A DNA stretch of 64,000 nt from Takakia lepidozioides (Eukaryota; Plantae; Bryophyta). Where the stretch lies: positions 19,158,001 to 19,222,000 of the forward strand of contig CM060732.1 in assembly GCA_030704615.1 (NCBI GenBank), in the 5' to 3' direction. The notes under the pieces were generated by a model. The model was given only the letters and a program-made list of their open reading frames with translations, was not told the origin of the DNA and searched no databases. Made by a program: the position numbers and the translations under genes. Positions 1 through 10,361 of this stretch are shown here, one piece after another (within the stretch, counting starts at the first letter, position 1; every line of letters starts with the position of its first letter).

Positions 1-1880
1 TAGTTGCACTACTTCCCACACTCCCTGTCCCCCCAGAGCCTGATCCAGGCTGCCCGCCTGATCCCCCTGAGCCGACACCTTCGTTGGCCTGTGATCCAAG
101 TGCTCCACTTGATCCAGGTCCAACGGGTTGGGATGTCCTGGTTGTAGTCTCAACCTCAGCTGTTGGGTCTATTTCTTCATACTCTTCCTCTTCCAATTTC
201 TTCTCTCTGTTTTCATCCTCCAAGTTCTGTCCTTGGGTTTCTTCTTCACTCATGTAACTCAACTGCAATGGTGTTGGAGAGTCTGAACTCTCCGTTGGCT
301 CTGCCACATCCTCTCCTCCTTCTTCATCTTCCGTTTCAGAAACTGGAGTTCCTGCTTTTAGTGTTCCATGCCAACTCTTATCAAAGATTTCTGTCAAATC
401 TTTTATCCAGGGATGTACCTCAGATCTTTCACCTCGTGGTTGATCTTCTTCCAGTACCAATTCCCTTAATCTTTCTTGCAAAGAAAAAGAAGGAGTGGCA
501 TCCAACTCTAGTTCTTCCGGTATGGGTGATGTACTCTCTGATCTTAATGGTGTGAGAGGTCCAGATGATTCCCCTATGTCTATTCCTCTCTCCCAAAGAT
601 ATGGATAATTAGCTTTCAGATAACTTTCTCTTTTTGCTGAATATCTCTGGAGTCTAGCTTCTCTTTCATCACTCATGTCCCATGTCTTTCATTTCTTTAA
701 TGTGGCAATAACCAAAACTCTCTTCTATAGTATCTCTCGTATATGCCTGGGTTTCTTTCAAGCTTCCATGCACCCTTGGCTATACTAGAAGTCTCCGTTA
801 CCATATAACCATATGGCAAACAAGTCTGGAAAGCTGTTCTTGGTGTGAGTTTGATCCACAGAATATCCTTTGGAATCCAATTCTTTACCAGTACAAGCTC
901 TTCATGCATATGAGTATAAACATTCACCTTACTTTCCTCCCAGCCTTCAAACTCTACTCGCTTAATGGATAGCAATGCTATCACATAAACCAGTGTTGGT
1001 AAACAACGTGCTCTTCCTCTACAGGCCACCTGATAAATCTTTATCATCCCTTTCTCCAGACCCCACTCAGGCTCAGCATCATGCACTCTCTTAAGAATGT
1101 TTTATTTACAACCGTCTGGCAATTCCAAGAACCTCTGAAAGGATTGTTTAGACAATCTTTCCTTCTCAGTTTCATAGGGAATTTGATTCACATCAAATTC
1201 TTTAATTCTCCAACCACCATGATCCCACCAGATGCCTGTCACATCTAGCTGTTCATGACCCAGTTCCCCAGTATGGTCGCGGACGGCTTTTACTCACCCA
1301 TCCCTTCGCTATCCGAGGTGGAAACTCCAAGATAGAAGAGTTGGATATCTCTAAGCACTCAGCCTGCCCAGAACAATCAGTCATGACCTGCAGCTAGTGA
1401 ATCATGGTTGTGCTTCCTATTTGTATTCCTTCTTGCCTTCATGTTATCAATTTACCCTTCCGTGTATACTGAAGCATCAGATTGCTTCAGTATCTACTAA
1501 GTTCCACTTAATCATGCATTCATTCCACAGTTTCACTCATGTCTCTCTACACAGTGTGATTGTATCGAATAAGTAGCAGATTGTGATTTATCAAGTATCA
1601 GGCCAATGCCATGGTGACTCTAATCTGCCCTACAGTATCACTACAGCTTTGCATGTACACGCATCTACTGTTCATCTCCCGTTCTTGCTCTCCGCCTGAT
1701 CTCCTCTCATGCATGACCAAGAACCCCTTCCCGTGAAGTGCCCCCTTCCTGTTGCCGCTCTCCTTAATCTATCCCCAAGCTGTTCTAACCACCTAACTAA
1801 CTAACCGTCACCCTGAAATAACACGTTTCCCCTGCAGATGTCATTCCCTGTCAATGATAACTGTTCCCCATATACTGTGA

Positions 1881-2130
1881 CAGGCTGTGTCAATCTATGC
1901 CGAGCTGTGACTGGCTGTGTAAAGCTGTGTCAGGTTGTGACTGGCTGTGTCGGGCTGTGTCGGGCTGTGCAAAGCTGTGGCGGCTGTGACTGGCTGTGAC
2001 GGGCTGTGTCGGGCTGTGCGAAGCTGTGGCGGCTGTGACTGGCTGTGACGGGCTGTGTGAAGCTGTGCGAAGCTGTGCGAAACTATGGCGGGCTGTGACT
2101 GGCTGTGTGAAGTTGTGTCGGGCTGTGTAA
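1881..2130. repeat. Minisatellite, ~10-bp unit (GGCTGTGNNN), ~25 copies
   Basis: Visible run of ggctgtgact/ggctgtgtcg/agctgtgcga variants. Confidence 0.9.
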
Positions 2131-2281
2131 CCCCCCTAAAGCCTGCTGCTGCCACCCCTAATGCCTTTGTTGGTCTCAGTCTGCGCAAAAATTAAGGGTA
2201 CCCCACAGAACCCGTAAAAGCGTCTAAGTCCCCAAGCAGCCCTCTAACGGGTCGGAATTTCTCTGTATTATTCACGATAAG

Positions 2282-3884
2282 ATGGACCATTCAAAGACTA
2301 CGTTGCCAAGGTTACAGATAACAAACAAGATGATATCTAGTCTAGGGCAACTGCCGATATCACTGACAGGCATGGTGACCCACGGACATGGTGATGGTGC
2401 CTATGCTCAGTTCTCCAACGAATTCTGGTCGAATGATCCCAACTTTACGATCGGCTCGTTGGCTCGTTATCTTCGACAACTTGAGAAAGTACCTTGCCGT
2501 GAAACATGAAATTTTTTCGATTCACCGATGCAAAACTCCTTTTCTGAAACACTGATGAGGGGAAAATCGAGGTGTGAAAGAGCTCTTAAGCCCTTTACTG
2601 TTGAAGGGCAAGATGGACCAAACCCACCACCACGTGGACCAAAGCCACTACCATGTCGACTCTATCTACAAATGGACAAATGTGTAAATGACAACAAGAA
2701 TCAATGGATGTTGGCATTTTTGTCGCTTCTGACATTGATAGGGGTTTTTGAAGAGATCCAACTTGGATTCTTGATGGTAGGTCATACCCATGAGGACATT
2801 GATGCATACTTTAGTTATCTCTCAAAGAAGCTGAAACAGAAAAATACCTATATCATGGCAGATCTCATGCGTCTGTTTATGGAGTCTCAAAAGCTCTAAT
2901 TCATTCAAGAAGTATGTGGACGGGTATATAATTGACGGGAACGACCGGCTGATCGAACAAACAGACATGCATATTTTTCAATTTTATGTTGATGGTGAGG
3001 GATGGCCAGTGATGAAATACAAGAAATCGGGTACGACGCCGACTGGCTTCCAAAAGAGGGTGCTGTGAGAATGTGGAAGGTGGCGGAGGACGGGAGGTCT
3101 CCCCTTCTCCCAAAGGGGAACCCAAACCCTGTTCCGCTTAAGCCTATTTGGGAAGGTAAGAGTGAAGGGGAGTCTCGTGAGAAAAATGTCCAGATTCTGA
3201 ATGGTATATCTAAGTATCATGAATTTTGGAAACGTGGAATGGAGCTGGAGAGCAACTATGGAGCCATCATGAAGAACTTTGATGAATACTGGAAGGATAT
3301 TCTAGTGGAACTTGACAAACCTTTGCCACCTCCCCAATGACAAGCTTCACGAAGGGTTCTCTCCTTCGACCTGTTGGAAGGAAAATCATGAAAGAGATGG
3401 GATTAGGGTTGAAAATGATGAAGAGGAAGAGGATGTGAATCAGATGGATCCATATTGTGGACCAAGGAGCCAAAAGCCTAAAGAGCCAATGAACCCCTAC
3501 AATGACGTTGAGGTTGGAAATTTCGTTCTTGTTCAGCCAACAGACACTGAGACATATCCAGTCTGGATGGGTGTGGCAATTTTAGAGGTCGTTCGGGACA
3601 AGTCGAGTCCTCAGTATCGCAAAGTCCATGTGGAGTGATGGAGACCTAAAGGTAATACAACCGACGATGTGGAGAGATATAAAAATTGTTGGAGTAAAGT
3701 TTGGGAGTTCAACCCTTCTGATCCACCAACTTGGATTCACACGCACAACGTTTTGTGGACGATGCGTCCTCGTAAGAATACCTCCAAGTCAAGCTGCAAA
3801 TGTATTGGAAAGATGGAGGCACAGAAAGCAAAAGAAAATTTGTACGTTGCGAACGACTCAGACAAAGAGAATGAAAATGTCTAG
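2282..3884 (+). pseudogene. Fragmented DUF7869-type (Sola-like RNase H-fold) transposase
   Basis: Consecutive broken ORFs with DHSKT-LP, LYLQMDKC--DNKN, GFLMVGHTHEDIDAYFS motifs; several stops and frameshifts. Confidence 0.7.
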
Positions 3885-5329
3885 TAGTAGTCTAGTACAC
3901 TGCGAACGAGCAAGTTGAGCATGATGAAGCCCATTCTAGAGCCACGCGAGACCTCCCGTGGTATAATGGCCTCATGATTTAGATTTTTCGACTGCTCCAC
4001 TTTCAACCTTTCGAAAACGCAAAGTATTCCTCTACCATATTGCCATTTAGATGTTTGACAGATGAGAACGAGAGATCTCCCGTGGTGTAATAATATCCAC
4101 ATAACTAGGATTTTTTCTTCTCCTCCAGTTTCAACACGTCGGAGATGCAATGTACATATCTGATGTTAGGAAATGCATTTCAGGGTGTTGGACAGAAGAG
4201 AACAGGAGATCTCCCGTGGTGTAATAATGTCCACAGAACATAGACTTTTTTCTTCTCCTCGAGTTTCAACATTTCGGAGATGCAATGTACATGTTAGGAA
4301 ATGCATTTCAGGTGTGGATTCCTTTGTATGCTAGTCGGAGATTCTTGGACATAATTTCTAAGTGCATTTCTAGAGTATGTGAGTACTACTAGGATTTGTA
4401 TGGCCTGGACGATATTAAGTTGATAATGTGTTAACTGCTTCATCCTGCGGCTGAAATTGAGTACACAGTGGAACTAGTGGGCCGCTGGGATTCCCGCCTG
4501 TCGGACTTCCCCCGAAGGTCATCTCAGCCTCCGGACATCGGCCATACATCGGGGAGCCTTCTAGGGCGCCAGAATCCCCTGCGTCCCAGCGGTTCCATAT
4601 TACGTAGTGCACATGAGATCTCCGGTTCATCAATGACCACAATGTGATTTGTGAACATGATATTAATTTTTTCTACTCCTATCTCAATTATATTTCAAAA
4701 TCAAAGCTGAATATCTTTAGCCAATTTCTTGAGGTGTAGCACTTGCATTGATTGCTAATATATGATCTGGTTTCGTGGATTTTACTCGTTTCATGCACAA
4801 AGTGCACGGGAGATCTCCCTTACTCAATTGCCTTAGGATTATCGAATGTTGTTTTTTCAATAATAATTCCCAAAAGTTGAACTTTATTGTATTCAAAAAT
4901 TGATTTTAATTTATTTTTATTTTTATTTTTATAATCATTTTCTGCTATTTATGAAAAGTCCAGATTTCATGTTTTAGTCCAGATTTAGTTAAAACCCAGT
5001 TTTAGGCTTGAATCTAGTTTGGATAATGTGAGAGTGCACATGTTTTCTAGCTTCAAGGCCTGGCATCTGGGTGCACTTATGCAAGAGACAGGCATAAGTA
5101 TGTGAATCTGCAGAAAAGCCTCATTCGCTCAACATCTGTAGAGCCTTTTGCAATGGCCCTGCCTCAAATACTGGATTTCATGAAACCTTGGCACTTTGCA
5201 AAATTCTAGGGAGCAGAGCTTTTATGATTTTTTGGCGTTGTAAACATAGTGTCCTCACATGCCCAGAAGTGCCAGAGGTATGGCCCAGGAAAACGAAAGG
5301 GGTTATGTCCCTTTTGCAGTTATGCTGAG

Positions 5330-5655
5330 CATATTCAGCAATCATGGTGCTCCATGAGATCACGTCTATGTGAGTCATAGTGTCAAGCACTGGTCGGGCA
5401 TCCTTGATACACCCACATTTGGCATACATGCCATCAAGGGCCATTCTTGATGACAGCAGCATGGTCCTCTTTGCCCATTTCCAGGACTTGGGATCTGCCA
5501 CATGCATTGAGAATGAAACTGAGCGTGAGCTTGTCCAGCCTGACCCCTGCCAGCATCATTTGCTCATAGATCTCAAAAGCCTCCCTGTCACACTCACATT
5601 GAGCATATCCTGCAATCATGGTGTTCCAGGAAGCCACATCTTGTTGCACCATATT
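5330..5655 (-). pseudogene. PLS-class PPR gene fragment
   Basis: DVASWNTMIAGYAQ...ILNACG and MYAKCGCIKDARPVLDTMTHIDVISWSTMIAEYAQH; frameshifted. Confidence 0.85.
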
Positions 5656-5859
5656 GTGAAACCCTAGTTATCATTCGTGACGTGACGTGGCGCTGACACG
5701 TCGGCCGTCACATCACGTCGAATCCGGACGTTTATCCATGTAATTTTTTTTTATATTTGATTTTTACGATTTATTTCTACCCTTTCTAATGACATGGCAG
5801 CTACGGTATAAAACAGACGTGGCCAATTATTAATATTTATTAATTCTTTAAAAAAAATA

Positions 5860-6645
5860 CGTCCAACTATATTGACGGTCGCATATAATTTATTATTTTT
5901 AAAATGAAGCGACAGCCCAAATTGGCGATCGTTTGTAATTTAATATTTTGTTAAATTAAGCGACCACCTATATTGGCGGTCGCCGATAATTTATTAATTT
6001 TTAAATGAAACGACCGCCCATATTGGCTTGTACTTTATTATATTTTAAAATAAGCGACCACCTATATTGGCGGTCGGTTGAAGTTTATTATGTTTTAAAT
6101 GAAGCGACCGCCCATGTTGGTGGTCGCTCGTATTATATTATATTATATTATTATATCTTTAATATATTTTGTAAAAATACAGCGACCGCCATTTAGCAGC
6201 AGTCTCTTATTTTTATTTTTAATTTTAAATAAAGCGACCACCGTTTGGCGGTCGCTTCTTTAGTAAATTTTTGAAAAATGCAGCGACCACCATTTGGCGG
6301 CCGTTGCTATTTTTGTTAATAAACAATACAGCGACCGCCATTTGGCGGCGGTCGCTTGATTTGATTTTGATTCTTAAATTAAGCGACTGTCGTTTGGCGG
6401 TCGCTTACTTAATATATTTTTAAAAATGAAGCGACCGCCATTTAGAGGCGGTCGCTTATTTTTATTTTGAATCTTGAATTAAGCGACCGCCAGTCGGCGG
6501 TCACTTATTTAATATATTTAAAAAAAATACAGCGACCGCCATGTGGCGGTCGCTCTTCTTGTTTTCATAAATATAGCGACCACCATGCGGCAGTCGCGTG
6601 TTTTTTATTTTTTGGAAATCCAGGGACTCGCCGTGTGGCGGATTT
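5860..6645. repeat. Array of ~16 GC-rich palindromes (AGCGACCGCCA-NN-TGGCGGTCGCT) separated by AT-rich spacers, ~50-bp period
   Basis: Copies read at ~5908, 5958, 6052, 6102, 6232, 6282, 6330, 6382, 6429, 6481, 6531, 6574 plus degenerate ones. Confidence 0.9.
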
Positions 6646-7212
6646 TTTTTTTTAAATTTTAAATCATGAAGTGGCGAGGTGCCACGAGTCAGGAAAAACG
6701 AAACAAATGGGAGGGGGGGGGAGGTGGTTTTGAACCCTTGACCTCTCCCATGTGGGTGCGCGTGGCGAGGTGCGACTGGCCAGTTGCGCCACGCTGACAC
6801 GTGGCGAAGCGCCACTAGCCTGTCGCGCCTTTTCAAGCATAATGTCATTTTGGGGGGGGGGCTGCTGGGTGCCTATGTAAACCATTTCCCCCTCTTTTTC
6901 TGATCATTTTTGCCCCTCTCGTGGTGCGGTTCCTTGGCATCCTGTAGTCCTTTCGGACTTCGTTGCTTGGCACTGCCAACAGGAGGTACAAAGGTGATTA
7001 TTTGGGAGGGGGGGGGGGGGGGGGGGAGTTTTGTCAGTTTTGTATCGGTCTGTCCCACACCCTTGTTCACGGTTTAATCATCGTATCACCATTTTGCCGT
7101 TTTCGGATCTCCGGCGACCTGTTTTTTTGCAGAAACTACGAAGACACCATCCACACGTGTCCATTGTCGTTTTCTGAGGTTTTGTCCTCTGTAGTGGGCA
7201 AAGGTTTATACA

Positions 7213-8672
7213 ATGTCGGGGGTTGTGAATTCAAGTTCTGGGGCGGGGTCGTCTGGGGGTCGGAGGAAGAGAAAACGTGCCCACGAGCGGGATAGCCAGG
7301 TCAACAAGACAGACTATCCGGGACCGGATGCCTTGGATAGGGTGAAAGAAGTGGTGGTGGATTATTTCGAAAGTAGGGACATGATGAGGCTGGAGAGTGC
7401 TTATGCCAGGCATGGATGGGAGGGGTTTCAGATTTTCCAGCAGAATATGGAGTGAAAAATAACAAACGCTTTGGCTGGGGTTAAGTGGACGGCGAACAAG
7501 CCGAAGTTCAATCGGTGGATCCAAAGCAGGGCGAAAGACGCCACGTGGAATTTAAGGCAGCTAATGAAGACATGCAAGGGTAGAACAATCGAGGGTCGAG
7601 TGCCCTCCGCTGAAGCTGAGTTAATGCGGCGTGTCGAGTATTGGGCTTGCTTGGCAAATCAGAATTCACATCACCGGACTAGGGTTGTCCCTTGGATGGG
7701 GGGGTCATCGGGCGGGGGAGGCACAACTGGTCTTTATTATCTGAACTCTAGTGCGAAGGTGGTAGAGATTGGCCCTTACAAAGAAGGAGGGTATGCTAAG
7801 ATCTGTCAGTGTAGGATTGTTGGCAATTCTAGAATACCGGAGCGTTGGGAGCTAGCGGGAAAAAACCCAAGTCCAAAAATTCAGTAAAGGCGTTGAGACA
7901 ACATAACGACGAGTGTTTGACAGTGAAGTTCCAGCATCCGGGTGTTATCTCATATTTTGCTATGAATGCACGTGAGATAGAGGGTTACACTCGCTGGTGG
8001 AATAGGGGGACAATACGCGACATAATGAACCTTGATAGAAAATGGGGCAACGATTCGGACAACAGGGTGATTTTGGAACGAAGGGGAACGGAAGCAGAGT
8101 TCTAGGAATGCGATCGTTTGCTTCGGTTTCCAGAAAGTGCGCAGTAAACTTGCATGGGCACTGGTGTGCATCATGGATGTTGTCCACAAGAACGGTGTCC
8201 TGCACAACGACTTGTCCCCCGACAACATCTTGTTGCATTTTCCAGATGACACCGAGGAGATCAAGATTGGGGTGTGTGATTGGGGCTTAGCCACCCCATT
8301 GGGCATACGCAAAGCCTCGCCGTACCAGTTTGAAAACCAAGACAAGCTGGACCGGGAACTCGCGAAAAGATGGTAGGTGGAAAAAGATATTGCATCGATT
8401 TCAATGCGAATGCCACCCCCCCCCCCCCCCCCAAGGACATGACGTCGGAGGCCTTTGCCATTGGGAAGATAACAGTACGAATAAATGGCGGCGCTCATTA
8501 TGATGAAAGTATGTTCGAGGACCAATTTACGGGAGGTTGTTGGCATTCAATGCTACAAAGATTGTACGACAACAAGAAGAATGAGAGAGTCACATTAGCC
8601 CATGTAGTACTTCGGTTCATGGGCAAGCCATTCAATTGGCCTGAGCCGAAAAACGTATATAAGACGGAGTAG
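7213..8672 (+). pseudogene. Apparently intronless Ser/Thr protein kinase pseudogene
   Basis: Gly-loop GPYKEGGYAKI, HPGVI, catalytic loop VLHNDLSPDNILL, VCDWGLA; broken by TGA/TAG stops and frameshifts. Confidence 0.85.
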
Positions 8673-8981
8673 ACCATAGTCTCGTAGATATGAGATTTGT
8701 GGCGGTACAATGGTTCTTTTATGAAGACAGAACTCAATTTTGATCGTGCATGTAATAAATAAAGTCCCATTGTAAATACTACATTGCATATGCTCGACCC
8801 TGATACCTGTCATCGCAATATAAATGGTTTGTGTATTGTCTCACTGTTTATATTTGTAATGTTCCAACGTTTTCACTAGGGTTCTGAGAAAACGACGTAT
8901 TAGTTCCATAGGAGTTAAACAACAAACGTCCCACATCTCAGTCGGATGTGCGACACTACCATGAGAGGCATAGATTGGAAA

Positions 8982-9554
8982 CTAATAGGGGCACATGCGA
9001 CCTCCGAAGTCCGAACGTTTGATACTAGGTCCAGCGAATGGTCTACTCCCAGTATCCTTTGTACTTGGTTTCCTTCTTTTTTCAGCGCCGGTTGCATTTC
9101 CGTCAGCGACAAAGACATTGTTGTACAGGGTGTTGTCGAGAAATTGCCAACTCCTCAAAACCTCTACCTCGACGTCTTCCGCATCTCTAGGAATCTTGAA
9201 ACCTAGCTGCACCGCGTATGGCATAAGATCGGAATTAATCGACATCGCATCGAGCAAAAAACCCAACACCTTCTCTCCAGATCTTGTTCTCTCTTTGATG
9301 AACACTGCGAGGCTTATCTTATCGTCCTCAACGGAGTCCTCTATTTCAAGGCTAACAACCGTGCAGAACTGAAGCGTTTTAATTTTTCCTCCAATCTGGT
9401 AATGGAAGACGGCATTCTCCGGGGCATTCAGGGACTCCACCTCTACACCCCAGAATAGAATCTCTCTGTTCAACTCATAAAATCCTTGGTGCTTTGTTTT
9501 GAATCCGGCAATAGTTTCGTAGATGAACGTTCCCGCAATTGGAGAGGACATCAC
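8982..9554 (-). CDS. Orphan 190-aa ORF, function unknown
   Basis: Uninterrupted ORF with globular-looking composition, convergent with the kinase; no motif recognised. Confidence 0.35.
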   Translation of the reverse strand: MMSSPIAGTFIYETIAGFKTKHQGFYELNREILFWGVEVESLNAPENAVFHYQIGGKIKTLQFCTVVSLEIEDSVEDDKISLAVFIKERTRSGEKVLGFLLDAMSINSDLMPYAVQLGFKIPRDAEDVEVEVLRSWQFLDNTLYNNVFVADGNATGAEKRRKPSTKDTGSRPFAGPSIKRSDFGGRMCPY

Positions 9555-9812
9555 GGCAACAGCTCCACTTGGAATGCTTTGTCTGAAAGAAATGAGTGAA
9601 ACAATGAGAAAAAAAAATCAATGACCTAGAGATGAAATTGATAAAGATCCTCAATTTATTTCAAAATATCAGATGATCTACATAAGAAGTACATTTTTGT
9701 GTAAACAGGAAGGACGGGAGGCCTCTCATCTTTGCCTACGTCTCCCCAGTTCTGAAGTCCCAAATCTAAGCCAGGCCCCAACTAGTCTATGCGCGAGTTG
9801 ACTCCTATGAAA

Positions 9813-10361
9813 TCACCTATAGACATACCAGGGAGGAAGAGGGCTATCGAGCCAATTTTGATATGCACTGCTGTTCTGGGATCTCATCATCTCCTGCACT
9901 GGATCTCTTCCACAGGTCTCTAGAGAGTATGCTGGACTCCAGTTGTCAGTGTCGGATACCCAATCTGGGAAAATTTGCGATATGTCATCCTGATTATCAA
10001 TCTCACCAGGTGTATACACCGGTGAATTGGGGGATGTATCTTGGGGATGCCGGCGAGTACCCAGGTGATCCGGGGACATAAGTGTTGTATTGGGGTGAGT
10101 AGCTAGGTGATCCAGGAACGTATGTAGTAGATCGTGATGAGTACGAAAGGGATCCTGGTGTGTATTCAGGTGATCCCTGAGCAGGATAGCCCCAATAGTA
10201 TTCTGGGGACTCCGGTGTGTACCCAGGAGAGAAAGGAGTGGATTCTACACAAGCCGGTGACCTGGGTACGTATCGTGGTGAGATCGATTTGTATGGGCGA
10301 CTCTGGAGCGTATCCTAGAGACTCTTCTGACACTTCCGGGTTCCCTGGAGTGGTGCCGAGA
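9813..10361 (-). pseudogene. Reading frame with RNA polymerase II CTD-like heptad repeats, truncated at the LTR
   Basis: Manual translation gives YTPGSLS YSSRSTT YVPGSPS YSPQYNT YVPGSPG YSPASPR YIP-SPV YTPG, plus upstream YAPESP, YVPRSPA, YTPESPE; two frameshifts. Confidence 0.65.

Noticed and set aside
163-1300. ORFs at the window start
   Set aside because: Probably decayed minus-strand element sequence; no motif I can assign.
1895-2188. 97-aa ORF
   Set aside because: By-product of the 10-bp minisatellite.
5660-5720. Helitron 3' end (CTAG plus hairpin)
   Set aside because: The CTAG is not in the expected A/T insertion context, and no matching 5' end or Rep/helicase gene was found.
5860-6645. 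CRISPR array
   Set aside because: Spacers are low-complexity A/T, repeats vary in the loop, no cas genes are present and the context is eukaryotic.
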